Numbered from the stretch's first letter, positions 15,638 through 24,892 are shown. The stretch: 55,341 nt of DNA from Dehalococcoidia bacterium (GCA_041674885.1 JBAYUZ010000002.1:1-55341), one strand, 5' to 3'. Notes: generated from the sequence alone by a model not told the origin. Made by a program: numbers and translations.

Positions 15638-15978
15638 CCGCCCTGCGCAGAGAATGCGGCGGCCTCGGCTCACCCGACGACGACACCCTCACCGCCCGCG
15701 GCATCGCCCGCGCGCAACGGATCCTCGAGATCGCCGCCGTCATGTCGCGCATCGTCGGCAGCGTCGCCGCGATCGAGTGCGCGCGCAGCATCGCGCAGGC
15801 CAGCGCCGACGGCTTCATGGCGCCGGGTGAGGCGACGCTCGCGTGCATGGCGCACCGGCGCACGCACTCGGCGACGTACGGCGCAACGTGGGCGCAGGTC
15901 ACGGAGCGGCACATCTCGGAGTGCGCGAGCGCGGTGGCTTGCGTGGGCGTGGTGGTTGGCAACGAAAGAGAGGCGTGA
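15634..15978 (+). CDS. hypothetical protein (114 aa)
   Basis: GTGA overlap; VTALRRECGGLGSPDDDTLTARGIARAQRILE... Confidence 0.55.
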   Translation: MTALRRECGGLGSPDDDTLTARGIARAQRILEIAAVMSRIVGSVAAIECARSIAQASADGFMAPGEATLACMAHRRTHSATYGATWAQVTERHISECASAVACVGVVVGNEREA

Positions 15979-16229
15979 TGGGCACGGACAAGTGGACGAT
16001 CGACGGAGTGACGTCCGAGGCGTCGCCGACAGTTGGCGGCATGTACGACGTGAACCACTCGCGCAAGGGCCGCTTCCGTGCACGCGCGCTCGCGGTGCGC
16101 GGCGAGTGGCTCGACGTCGAGATCGTGTCGGGCATGGCGCGGGCAGCGCTGCGCGGCAATGAGCGCGAGGCGGGCGAAGAGGTCACGCTGCGCAACACGC
16201 ACGCCGCGCTGACGACGGTGACGTCATGA
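15978..16229 (+). CDS. hypothetical protein (83 aa)
   Basis: ATG after GAGAGG; MGTDKWTIDGVTSEASPTVGGMYDVNHSRKGRF... Confidence 0.55.
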   Translation: MGTDKWTIDGVTSEASPTVGGMYDVNHSRKGRFRARALAVRGEWLDVEIVSGMARAALRGNEREAGEEVTLRNTHAALTTVTS

Positions 16230-16666
16230 CCGCCCCGTTGTCAGCAGCCCAGATCCTCCGCGCGGCGGCCGAGATCGTCGAGCGGCCGGGGGCGTGGATT
16301 CAGGGCGTGGCGGCGCGCGACGTGGACGGTGTTTGCGTCGGCCTGGTACGCGACATCCGCACGCTCGGCGTTTGCTTCTGCGCGCAGGGTGCGATGTGGG
16401 CGGTCACCGGTGACGCGGAGGCGGCGGGGGATGCCGAGGAGGCACTGCGCAAGGCCATCCCGGCGTCCACACCCGGCGGATACCGCAGCATCGCTCTCTG
16501 GAACGACACCCCCGGCCGCACCGCCGACGAGGTGGCCACCGCCATGCGCCGCGCCGCCGACACGCTCGACCCGCCGCACCGCTCCGACGCGTGCGCGACT
16601 GGCGGGGATCCGTGCGTGGCGACGTGTTGCATGCCGACGGCGAAAGACGACGAGGCCGCGACATGA
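16226..16666 (+). CDS. hypothetical protein (146 aa)
   Basis: ORF track; ATGA overlap; non-repetitive sequence. Confidence 0.6.
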   Translation: MTAPLSAAQILRAAAEIVERPGAWIQGVAARDVDGVCVGLVRDIRTLGVCFCAQGAMWAVTGDAEAAGDAEEALRKAIPASTPGGYRSIALWNDTPGRTADEVATAMRRAADTLDPPHRSDACATGGDPCVATCCMPTAKDDEAAT

Positions 16667-17526
16667 CCGCGCGCATCCTCGACATCACGCCGGCCGCCTA
16701 TCATGCGGATGCTCGCGGCGGAGACGGGCCGCCGTCGCTGTCGTCGTCGCTGGCTGGCGTGCTTCTCGCTCGCTCGCCACTGCACGCGCACGCCGCTCAC
16801 CCGCGACTCGGCGGCGTGAAGCGCTCGAGCACCGAGGACATGGACGAGGGCACGATCGTTCACGCGCTCGTGCTCGGCAAGGGCGTCGAGTCGGTGGCCG
16901 TGATCGACGGCTTCGACAACTTCAAGAAAGCCGCCGCGCAGGAACTCCGCGACGCCGCGATCGCTGCCGGCAAAACGCCGGTGCTCGCTCGCAAGTTCGA
17001 AGAGATCAGGGCGAAGGCCACGCGCATCCGCGGGCAGCTCGCGGGGCTGGGCCTGCCGCTCGACGGCGTGAGCGAGCTTGCCATCGAGTGGACCGAGGAA
17101 ACGGAGAGCGGGCCGATCGTCTGCCGCGCGATGCTGGACCACGTGCGCGCGAATCGGACGCACATCCTCGACCTGAAGAAGTGCCGCGACGCATCGATCG
17201 AAGGCTTCACCAAGAGCGTCGGCAGCTACGGCTACGACGTGCAGGCGGCGGCGTACACGCGTGCGCTCGCGGCGGTCTACCCGGAGACGGCTGGCCGCGC
17301 CGAGTTCCTGTTCGCGGCCGTGGAGCTCGACGCGCCCTACGCGGTCGGCATCTACAACCCGGCGGGCGACATGCGGGAGATCGGGCTCCGCCGCTGGCGT
17401 CGAGCGTGTGAGTTGTGGGGGCGGTGCCTGCGCGACAACGAGTGGCCGGGATACGGCGCTGGGTTCGTCGGGCTGCCACGGTGGATGGCGATTCGTGAAG
17501 AGGAGGCGATGCTCAATGGCGACTGA
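16663..17526 (+). CDS. RecB-family PD-(D/E)XK exonuclease (Cas4-like fold, no Cys cluster)
   Basis: HILDLKKCRD (D-x-K) and YGYDVQAAAYTRAL (QxxxY) motifs; ATGA overlap; located next to a Sak4-like ATPase. Confidence 0.7.
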   Translation: MTARILDITPAAYHADARGGDGPPSLSSSLAGVLLARSPLHAHAAHPRLGGVKRSSTEDMDEGTIVHALVLGKGVESVAVIDGFDNFKKAAAQELRDAAIAAGKTPVLARKFEEIRAKATRIRGQLAGLGLPLDGVSELAIEWTEETESGPIVCRAMLDHVRANRTHILDLKKCRDASIEGFTKSVGSYGYDVQAAAYTRALAAVYPETAGRAEFLFAAVELDAPYAVGIYNPAGDMREIGLRRWRRACELWGRCLRDNEWPGYGAGFVGLPRWMAIREEEAMLNGD

Positions 17527-17698
17527 GGAACTACCGCAGCTGACTGTCCGGGGGCTGATCGACAGGTTGCAAGCGCTGCTGTCCGAGGGCTGCTCACCCG
17601 ACGCACTGGTCTGCACTGAGGGGTGCGACTGCTACGGCGAGGCGACCAGCGCAGATCTGGATAGCGATGGCAGCGTGATGATTGCGAGGCGCCGATGA
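17516..17698 (+). CDS. hypothetical protein (60 aa)
   Basis: ATG (MATEELPQLTVRGLIDRLQALL...) within ORF 17261..17698; ends in an ATGA overlap with the next gene. Confidence 0.5.
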   Translation: MATEELPQLTVRGLIDRLQALLSEGCSPDALVCTEGCDCYGEATSADLDSDGSVMIARRR

Positions 17699-18693
17699 GC
17701 AGGGACAATGCGGCCCGCGTGTTCGAGGACTTCGAGGCTGTGCGCACGCAAGTCCTGCTGTGGCTTGGCCTCGTCGGGCCGAGCGGATGCGGCAAGACGT
17801 ACTCTGCGCTTGAGCTGGCCACTGGCATGCAGGAGGTCAGCGGCGGCGACATCCATCTCCTCGACACGGAGAACGGCCGCGGAAGGTTCTATGCCGACCG
17901 CTTCAAGTTTCGCCACGTGCCGTTCTCTCCGCCGTTCGGCCCGGCGGACTACCGTGCGGCGTTCGCGCACTCCATCAAGAAGGGCGCGAAGATCATCATC
18001 GCCGACAGCTTCTCGCACGAGCACGACGGCCCCGGTGGCGTGCTGCAAATGCACGATGCGGAGGTCACGCGACGCGGCGGAGACAAGCACAGCTTCGCCG
18101 CGTGGGCTGCTGCCAAGGCGCCGCGCAAAGACTTGATCACGTTCATGATGCAGAGCGATGTGAACTACATCCTTTGCTTCCGAGCGAAGGAGAAGATCAA
18201 GCTCGACGCGTCGAAGAAGCCGATCTCGCTCGGTTGGCAGCCGATCGCGGGACAGGACTACATCTACGAACTCGCGCTCAACTGCCTGCTACTCCCCGGC
18301 TGCAAGGGCGTTCCGATCTGGAATCCGAACGACCTGATCCCGGCCGAGCGGCAGATGGTCAAGCTTCCCGAGCAGTTCACGGAGCTGTTCGCGGACGGCC
18401 CTCAACTCTCACGCCAAGTCGGCGCGGCACTGGCAACGTGGGCGTCGGGTGGACAGGCGAGCCGCCAGGCGCTTCCGCCAGAAGTTGCCGCGATCATCGC
18501 GCGATACGCCGAGTGCGACGATGCGAAGTCACTGGCGGACATCAAGGCGACGATGCTGCCGGCCGCGTGGAAGATCGCGAACAAGCAAGCGCGAGCGGCA
18601 ATCACCGCAGCGGGCACGGCCGCAACCGACCGTGTGAGAGCCGCAGTCGCCGACCGCGCGGCAGCGGACGAGGGGACTCCGTTCGATTCCTGA
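17695..18693 (+). CDS. Sak4-like RecA-core AAA ATPase (recombination mediator/annealase)
   Basis: Walker A GPSGCGKT, Walker B IIIADS; pairs with the upstream exonuclease. Confidence 0.7.
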   Translation: MSRDNAARVFEDFEAVRTQVLLWLGLVGPSGCGKTYSALELATGMQEVSGGDIHLLDTENGRGRFYADRFKFRHVPFSPPFGPADYRAAFAHSIKKGAKIIIADSFSHEHDGPGGVLQMHDAEVTRRGGDKHSFAAWAAAKAPRKDLITFMMQSDVNYILCFRAKEKIKLDASKKPISLGWQPIAGQDYIYELALNCLLLPGCKGVPIWNPNDLIPAERQMVKLPEQFTELFADGPQLSRQVGAALATWASGGQASRQALPPEVAAIIARYAECDDAKSLADIKATMLPAAWKIANKQARAAITAAGTAATDRVRAAVADRAAADEGTPFDS

Positions 18694-18828
18694 TCACGGC
18701 GCCGCGGTCCATCGCCCATCCCCCCTTGGATGGCCCGCAGCGCCTCGACGGCGGCCCGGCGTCGTAGCCCCACGCGTCACCCCTGCGCGTGAGGTCCGGG
18801 ACTTCTTCTGGCGAGAGGAGTGGCGACA

Positions 18829-19146
18829 ATGTCCGAACCGAACGATGCACATCGGCACGCGCGCAAGATGGAGTTCGCCGCGATGTCGCACGGTGACCTG
18901 GCGATACTGGCCGCTGCGCTCGACGAAGAGGTCGCGGCGCTGCGCGAGGAACTCGCGGGCGTCATTGCAGCCGCGAGCTTCGTGTCGAGCGAAGCCGAGT
19001 CCGCGATCGATCGCTTCTACGCGCAGCTCTACGTGCACGCGACGGACGATTACGTCGAGGACGACGCCGAGATCGAAAACGCGCTGCGACACGCGCACGA
19101 GACCGAGCATGAGCCGGTCGGCGACGAGGAGGAGTTCACGCCATGA
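18829..19146 (+). CDS. acidic hypothetical protein (105 aa)
   Basis: ATG 8 nt after GAGAGGAG; MSEPNDAHRHARKMEFAAMSHGDL... Confidence 0.6.
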   Translation: MSEPNDAHRHARKMEFAAMSHGDLAILAAALDEEVAALREELAGVIAAASFVSSEAESAIDRFYAQLYVHATDDYVEDDAEIENALRHAHETEHEPVGDEEEFTP

Positions 19147-19274
19147 CGAAGCTAGACGATCTCGTGTCGCTGGAGATGGCGGCGACACCAGCCCCATGGG
19201 AGCACCGCAAGGTGGACGACCTGATCGTGAGCCAATGCGGAAAGTGCGGGCATACGAGGACCACGCCATGGTGA
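19143..19274 (+). CDS. small CxxC protein (43 aa)
   Basis: Hand translation MTKLDDLVSLEMAATPAPWEHRKVDDLIVSQCGKCGHTRTTPW; ATGA overlap upstream. Confidence 0.35.
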   Translation: MTKLDDLVSLEMAATPAPWEHRKVDDLIVSQCGKCGHTRTTPW

Positions 19275-19783
19275 CGCACCCTCGCGATTTTGTTGAGGCG
19301 CTTGGCGAAGTCGACCGGCTCCGCGCGATCGTCAAGAAGATGCGCCTCCAGCTCAAAAACGAACGGGTCGAGGTCGAGGCGGCACAGCGCGTGATCATCC
19401 GGCTGGAGCGCGAGTGCGCTGGGCACAAGCCCGAGGTGGCGCCGCTTCTCTGGACGATGCGCCACCGCGCCGAAGCGCACGGCGTCTCGCTCGTCGCGAT
19501 GGTGCGCGCGTACTCGTCGCCTCTGCGCGGATTCGGCGGCGACCGCGGCGCATGGGTGCGAGCTCTACCGATGCTGCCGACGCGCGGCTATCGCGTGCCG
19601 TGGTGGACGTCGCTCGACGGCGTGCGGTCGTTCCTTGCGGGAACGCTGCCGGATCCGTGTCGTCGGCCTGCTCTCCATTTTGGAAGCGTCGCCGACATGC
19701 GCGCGCGGTTTCCCAACGCGGTGCCGATTGATTGCGGCGTGCCGCCCGGCGGGAACGTTTTCATCACGGAGAGCGGGACATGA
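19268..19783 (+). CDS. hypothetical protein (171 aa)
   Basis: ATG (MVTHPRDFVEALGEVDRLRAIVKKMRLQL...) within ORF 18845..19783; the alternative ATG at 19235 is not excluded. Confidence 0.6.
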   Translation: MVTHPRDFVEALGEVDRLRAIVKKMRLQLKNERVEVEAAQRVIIRLERECAGHKPEVAPLLWTMRHRAEAHGVSLVAMVRAYSSPLRGFGGDRGAWVRALPMLPTRGYRVPWWTSLDGVRSFLAGTLPDPCRRPALHFGSVADMRARFPNAVPIDCGVPPGGNVFITESGT

Positions 19784-19947
19784 GCGCGCCCACCTGCATC
19801 CTCTGCGGCGCCGACGAATCGCAAGGGCCGCTCGACCCGCGGCGCTGCGACGTCGAGGGCGCCGTGCGCTGCGCCGAGGCTCGCAAGCGGACGCGCGATC
19901 ACGGCCGCGACGTCGGCCCCCTGGCGCGGGTGGAGGCGGGGCGATGA
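19780..19947 (+). CDS. hypothetical protein (55 aa)
   Basis: ATGA overlaps at both ends; MSAPTCILCGADESQGPLDPRRCD... Confidence 0.45.
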   Translation: MSAPTCILCGADESQGPLDPRRCDVEGAVRCAEARKRTRDHGRDVGPLARVEAGR

Positions 19948-20600
19948 CTTCACTTCCTCTCTTCGGCATCGACGCTCTATTCCCGATCGCGGCACCCGGC
20001 GACACGGATCGCGCAAAGCGTCTCTCGCAATACTTCACGCCGCCGCGCCTTGCTGCGCGCATCGCTGAGTGGGCCGGCGTGCGCGGGCTGCGCGTGCTCG
20101 AGCCGTCAGCGGGCGGCGGTGCTCTTCGGCGCGCGTGCATCGACGCAGGCGCGGAGGACGTCGACTGCGTGGAGATCGATCCGCGCTACATCGACTCGCT
20201 CCGCGACGAGCGCCTCGGACTCGTGCTCTCCGGTTCGTTCCTCGATCTGCGGCCAAGCGACTGGCCCGATTACGTCACGGGCTGGGACGTCGGCGTACTC
20301 AACCCGCCGTATGAGAAGGGGCTCGACGGCGCCTTTCTCGCGCACGTGCTGCTGTTCGCGCCGCGTGCCGTTGCGCTCGTGAGGCTCGCTGCGCTGGCCG
20401 GCAAGGACCGCGGTGCCGACCTCTGGGAGCACGTCGAGATCACGCGGCTGGTCATCCTCTCGACGCGGCCTGAGTTCGAGGGCGAGCTTGCGGCCGGCGG
20501 TGCGAAGTCTGATTTCGTCGTCGTCGAGTATCAGCGTCGCGACCCAAGCAGGCCGCGTCCGCTCGTCGCCGTCGAGCATTGGGCGGGGGCGTGGTCGTGA
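19944..20600 (+). CDS. N6-adenine DNA methyltransferase (orphan)
   Basis: QYFTPP, LEPSAGGG (AdoMet-binding) and NPPY catalytic motif; no adjacent endonuclease seen. Confidence 0.85.
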   Translation: MTSLPLFGIDALFPIAAPGDTDRAKRLSQYFTPPRLAARIAEWAGVRGLRVLEPSAGGGALRRACIDAGAEDVDCVEIDPRYIDSLRDERLGLVLSGSFLDLRPSDWPDYVTGWDVGVLNPPYEKGLDGAFLAHVLLFAPRAVALVRLAALAGKDRGADLWEHVEITRLVILSTRPEFEGELAAGGAKSDFVVVEYQRRDPSRPRPLVAVEHWAGAWS

Positions 20601-20682
20601 CCCGCGCGCAACTGGCAATCGACTGGTCAGCGGCGGCGGCGCGGGATGAGACGCGGACGGTGCTCTCGCTCCGCTGAAACCG

Positions 20683-20710
20683 TTGACGTCCCGCGAGGCG
20701 CTGATATCAT
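20683..20710 (+). promoter_or_regulatory. sigma70-like promoter (TTGACG, 16 nt, TATCAT)
   Basis: Read directly in the 255-nt non-coding gap upstream of the ParB-like gene. Confidence 0.5.
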
Positions 20711-20855
20711 CCGGCGTCGGGACGAGTCAGCAGCCGTTGCTGCGGTGCATGCTGCGAAGCGAGCCGGTTTCCCCTATCCCGGCGCGCAATGATCACGGCG
20801 TGTGGCTGGCGCGTCCCGACGATTTTACCGCCCCGGCAAGGGCAGATAGGACAGC

Positions 20856-21839
20856 ATGGCAGTCGAGACTCAGCAGGTAGAAATCCGTCGCGTCCGCATC
20901 GACGGCGGCACGCAGATCAGGGCCGACCTCTACGATCCAGCGGTGCTCGCGGAGTACGCGGAGGCGCTCAAGTCGGGGGCAAAGTTTCCGCCGATCCACG
21001 TCGTCGAGGAAGGAGACGACCTCTGGCTCGTCGATGGCTTCCATCGGCACGCCGCCCACCTCCGCGAGAAGCGCGGCGTCATTGACGCGCAGGTCAAGCA
21101 GGGCACTCGGCGCGATGCGATCCTTGCTGCCGTAGGCGCCAACCGGACCCACGGACTGCGACGGACGAACGCCGACAAGCGAGCCGCTGTCGCTCTGCTC
21201 TTGGCGGACGCTGAATGGTCGGGGAAGTCGAACCGGTGGATCGCGGAGCGGTGCGGCGTCAGCGACCACTTCGTCGCAGCGCAGCGCCCTGAGCCCGAGG
21301 CAACTGCGCGAAAACGCAGTACAGACATTCCAGATTCCGAGCCCGTCAGGCGCGAGGGCAGGGACGGGAAGCCGCGCCCGGCGACGGCGAGCAAGTCGCC
21401 CGTAGCGGCGGCCCGCGCCGTCGCGGTGCCGGCCGCGCGAGCGCCAGCCCCCGCGGCGCTACTCGACGCCATGGGGCGCGAGGTACCGGCCGCGCTCGCG
21501 CCGTTGTGGCGCGCGCTCGTCGAGTCGTACGACGTCACCAGCGCCGCCGTCGATGCGCTGCGCGCAGCCAGCACCGCACAGCGCGCTGCCGTGACGCGAC
21601 TGGCGAAGGGCCGCGAGGGCACCGTGATGCTGCACGCCACGGTACAGGCGTGGGGCGTTGGGCAGGCATGCTCTGCAGCTCGCCACGCCGCAGACGAGAC
21701 GCGGCCGCACATCGTGTGCCCAGAGTGCGACGGGACGGGCGGCCGGGCTGGTGCGTGGTGTACGCACTGCGGCGCATGCGGATGGCTCACGGCGTCAGCG
21801 CTCGAGCGGCGCGCGCGAGGGGCGAAGGTGCGCCGATGA
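20856..21839 (+). CDS. ParB/Srx-like N-terminal domain protein with C-terminal DnaJ-type zinc finger
   Basis: ORF track 327 aa; LVDGFHRHAA ParB-box motif; C-terminal CPECDGTGG...CTHCGACG. Confidence 0.75.
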   Translation: MAVETQQVEIRRVRIDGGTQIRADLYDPAVLAEYAEALKSGAKFPPIHVVEEGDDLWLVDGFHRHAAHLREKRGVIDAQVKQGTRRDAILAAVGANRTHGLRRTNADKRAAVALLLADAEWSGKSNRWIAERCGVSDHFVAAQRPEPEATARKRSTDIPDSEPVRREGRDGKPRPATASKSPVAAARAVAVPAARAPAPAALLDAMGREVPAALAPLWRALVESYDVTSAAVDALRAASTAQRAAVTRLAKGREGTVMLHATVQAWGVGQACSAARHAADETRPHIVCPECDGTGGRAGAWCTHCGACGWLTASALERRARGAKVRR

Positions 21840-23461
21840 CCGTCACGCTGCGACCGTACCAAGACGAATGCATCGCTTCGATCGAGCGCGAGCACGGGGA
21901 GAAGGGCCTGCGATCGACGCTGATCGTACTCGCGACGGGACTCGGGAAGACGACGATCTTTGCGGAGTGGGCGCGGCGTCGACTCGAACGTCACGGCGGG
22001 CGCGTGCTGGTCCTCGCGCACCGCGAGGAACTCGTTCAGCAAGCGGCCGACCGCATGCGCATGCAGGTCCCCGGTGTGCAGGTTGGGATCGAGATGGCTG
22101 GCCGCGTGACGTCGACGCTGATGCCGGAGTCGATTGTGGTCGCCAGCGTGCAGACGCTCGGCAAGCTCGCGCGCCTGAAAAAGTTCGATCCGTGGCAGTT
22201 CACGTCGCTCATCATCGACGAAGCGCATCACTCGTGCGCTGACGGATACCGCACGATCATCGACTATTTTTCGGCTGCGCAAGTGCTCGGCGTGACCGCT
22301 ACGCCCGACCGTCTCGACGGGGTAGGACTTGGCGGGATCTTCGATTCGTGCGCGTACCGCATGGAGATGCAAGAGGGCATCGCGGGCGGCTACCTCGTGC
22401 CGATCATCGCACGCCGAATCGTCTGCGAGTCGCTGGATCTATCGCGGCTGCGCACTGTGCGTGGTGACCTGTCGGAGAAGGATCTCCAGCAGGCGATGTC
22501 AGTCGACAAGGTGCTGCACGAGATGGCCGGTCCGCTCGTGCGCGAGGCGGGCGATCGTTCAACGATCGTGTTCACGCCGGGCGTCCAAGTTGCACACGCG
22601 CTCGTCGATGTCCTCGCGGCGTACACCAGCGCGCGCGCCTGCGCGATCGATGGCACCACCGATTCGACGGTGCGGCGCGAGGTGCTTGCCGCCTACGCTG
22701 CCGGTGACATCCAGTTCTTGATCAACTGCGCCGTGTTGACCGAGGGCTTTGACTCTCCGCGCACGTCATGCGTCGCTCTCGGCCGGCCGACGAAATCGCG
22801 CGCGCTGATGACGCAGTGTATCGGCCGCGGAACTCGGCCGGCGGAGGGGAAGAGCGATCTACTCGTCGTCGACTTCGCCGGCATCGTCGGGCGCCATGTA
22901 CTCGTCGCGCCGCTCGACGTGCTCGGCGGTGAGGATATGCCACCGCTCGTGCGCGAGCGCGCCCTAGAGCTCGTGGACCAGGGCGAGTCCCTGGACCGGG
23001 CGAGGGCGCAGGCGGAGAGAGAGGCGACCGAAGCGGAGCGTGCACGGAAGGCGCGCGAGCGTCTTGCAGAGGAAGAGGCCGCCCGTCGCAAGGCCGCCAA
23101 GGTCTCGAGCGAGGCACGGTACGCGGCGCGCAACGTGGACCCGTTCGGGACTAAGATACTGGCGATCCCCGAGGATCGGGGAGGCGAGCGCGCGAGCGAT
23201 CGGCAGCGGGAGATCCTTGCGCAGTTCGGCGTCGAGATCCCGAACCTCTCAGCGGAGCAAGCGCAGGCGGCTATCGGCTCCCAGATCGCGCGTCGCAAGC
23301 ACGGACTCGCATCGTTCAAGCAGGCGCGTCTCCTTCAAAAATATGGGTATTCGCCCGACTTGAGCAAGGCCGATGCGTCGATCGTGATCTCCGCAATCGT
23401 CGCAAACGGATGGTCGCGGCCCGCGAAAGATCCGCTTGACGGTCGCGCGCCCGTCGGCTAG
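21836..23461 (+). CDS. SF2 DEAD/DEAH-box helicase (541 aa)
   Basis: ATGLGKT (motif I), DEAH (II), TATP (III), QCIGRGTR (VI); ATGA overlap with the ParB-like gene. Confidence 0.85.
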   Translation: MTVTLRPYQDECIASIEREHGEKGLRSTLIVLATGLGKTTIFAEWARRRLERHGGRVLVLAHREELVQQAADRMRMQVPGVQVGIEMAGRVTSTLMPESIVVASVQTLGKLARLKKFDPWQFTSLIIDEAHHSCADGYRTIIDYFSAAQVLGVTATPDRLDGVGLGGIFDSCAYRMEMQEGIAGGYLVPIIARRIVCESLDLSRLRTVRGDLSEKDLQQAMSVDKVLHEMAGPLVREAGDRSTIVFTPGVQVAHALVDVLAAYTSARACAIDGTTDSTVRREVLAAYAAGDIQFLINCAVLTEGFDSPRTSCVALGRPTKSRALMTQCIGRGTRPAEGKSDLLVVDFAGIVGRHVLVAPLDVLGGEDMPPLVRERALELVDQGESLDRARAQAEREATEAERARKARERLAEEEAARRKAAKVSSEARYAARNVDPFGTKILAIPEDRGGERASDRQREILAQFGVEIPNLSAEQAQAAIGSQIARRKHGLASFKQARLLQKYGYSPDLSKADASIVISAIVANGWSRPAKDPLDGRAPVG

Positions 23462-23744
23462 CACTGCGGTGGGCGGTCGATTCGTTCGGCCGGTCGAGAG
23501 TAGGGACCTCGACGCTTCGACGCGACCGAGCAAGCCGGCAGCGGCGCGCGGGAACGGAGAAGATCACCGCCTCCCACCGGACAACGGAATGCCATACGCA
23601 AACCGCCCGGACTCGGCCGATCACGGTCATGGGGGGTAGGGGGGTCTTACTCCGCTCTCTCGCGCCGGTGGGATGAGGACGTGTCTTGGTTCGGTTGTCT
23701 TGGTCTTGGATTGGATACGGGCAGCAACCCGGAGAGGATGAGAG

Positions 23745-24041
23745 ATGGCAACACAGGATGAACGCGAGGCCGCTCGCCTCTTCGATGCCCCGGGGCAGAC
23801 GCTTTCCGATGCGTGGGGCGACGTGGTCAGCGCGCCCGATGGCGCCGAGGCGGCCGCGCTGTCGACCGCCGTTCGCATTGTCTCGTTGCTCGTCATGTGC
23901 GGCGAGATCAACGTGTCTCGAGCGCTTGACGAAGTGGAGTTCGCGCGAGCTGCGGTACGATGCGGGCTGACGGCAAGAGACATTCGTGCGCGACTGGCGA
24001 CGGGGATGTGCACGCTGCGCGTGTCGGAGTGGCGACGATGA
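23745..24041 (+). CDS. hypothetical protein (98 aa)
   Basis: ORF track; GGAGAGGATGAGAG immediately upstream of the ATG. Confidence 0.6.
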   Translation: MATQDEREAARLFDAPGQTLSDAWGDVVSAPDGAEAAALSTAVRIVSLLVMCGEINVSRALDEVEFARAAVRCGLTARDIRARLATGMCTLRVSEWRR

Positions 24042-24114
24042 CATCGGGCGGCTCGCTCATCGAGTGCGACGTCCCCGCGGAGTCGAGCGGTGGGTACAAG
24101 GGTGGGAGGATGCG

Positions 24115-24315
24115 ATGAGCGCCCGCGGCATCCCCCACTGCCCCGTGAAACTACACGCCGGCTTCCCGCTGCCCTGCGTGCGCTGCGCGAATCCCGTGTT
24201 CGACGCGCCCCGCCCAGACAGCGTGCGCCGAATGCTCCCGGCGACGACGACAGCAGCGGCGCGCACGAGGCGGCTCGCGGCTGATGCGGCGGCGGCGAAG
24301 CGGGGCGGGCGATGA
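24115..24315 (+). CDS. hypothetical protein (66 aa)
   Basis: ATG after GGGAGGA; MSARGIPHCPVKLHAGFPLPCVRCANPVF... Confidence 0.5.
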   Translation: MSARGIPHCPVKLHAGFPLPCVRCANPVFDAPRPDSVRRMLPATTTAAARTRRLAADAAAAKRGGR

Positions 24316-24521
24316 CATCCACCGGCGCCAACCTCACCACGAACCCGCCCGGAGCATGGGCGCACCTCGCGGCGCATCACGTGCGCGAGGCGGTCTACGC
24401 CGGCAGTGCGCTCGACCGGCAGGGGAGCGAGCATCGCGCGTCGCTGCGGGGCGCTGCCGAAGTCGAGCGCCGCGAGTGGGTCGACGCGGTGGCCTGCGTG
24501 CTGCGATGGGTGCGAGCGTGA
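24312..24521 (+). CDS. hypothetical protein (69 aa)
   Basis: ORF track; ATGA overlap. Confidence 0.5.
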   Translation: MTSTGANLTTNPPGAWAHLAAHHVREAVYAGSALDRQGSEHRASLRGAAEVERREWVDAVACVLRWVRA

Positions 24522-24892
24522 CCGCCCCCGCGATCCGCGTCGCCACCGGCGGCCAAGCGAAGCTCTTCGAGTGGAACGGCGAGCGCCGGTCGATCTCCGG
24601 CTGGGCGCGACACCTCAAGACCACGCGCGACAAGATCCGCACGCGGCTGAAGCTCGGGCTGCGGCTCGACGCTGACGACATCGGCGGCACGTATCGGCCG
24701 CTGCAGTCGCGACCGAAGCGCAAGGCGTCGCAGCCGCCGGCACCGATGCCGAGCGCGCCAGTCGTGGACCACGTCGCAGTGGTCGCGCTGCTGCGTGCCG
24801 TGGGGTACCGCTGCGAGCCGGCGGTGATCGGTGGCGTCGAGGTGCTGATTGTGAGCGACGCAGCCACGGGGCGGCGGGAGGCGGCGGAATGA
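24518..24892 (+). CDS. putative HTH DNA-binding protein (124 aa)
   Basis: GTGA overlap; FEWNGERRSISGWARHLKTTRDKIRTRLKLGL resembles small phage HTH proteins. Confidence 0.55.
   Translation: MTAPAIRVATGGQAKLFEWNGERRSISGWARHLKTTRDKIRTRLKLGLRLDADDIGGTYRPLQSRPKRKASQPPAPMPSAPVVDHVAVVALLRAVGYRCEPAVIGGVEVLIVSDAATGRREAAE

Noticed and set aside
20683-20880. 65-aa ORF (MTSREALISSGVG...) and overlapping ORFs in the 20601-20855 gap
   Set aside because: There is no RBS. The ORF begins inside the promoter hexamer and runs into the ParB-like gene in another frame. The region is better explained as a promoter plus structured leader.
20930-22372. 480-aa minus-strand ORF (similar cases: 16300..17616, 34747..36033, 47239..48615, 43060..44145)
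   Set aside because: All are antisense to genes with clear motifs (ParB box, helicase motifs, exonuclease, capsid, tail). All have low-complexity Arg/Pro/Ala-rich translations. They are GC-driven open frames.
21836-23461. SF2 helicases (also 47293..48606) as the type IV Csf4/DinG partner
   Set aside because: Both have DEAH/TATP/QxxGRxxR motifs of the RecG / type-III-restriction-like SF2 kind. They lack the iron-sulfur Cys cluster of DinG/XPD helicases. They lie 9 and 34 kb from the csf genes in other operons.
24038-24118. 26-aa ORF (MTSGGSLIECDVPAESSGGYKGGRMR) bridging two genes by ATGA overlaps
   Set aside because: It is too short and featureless to support. It may be real translational coupling, but I did not list it as a feature.
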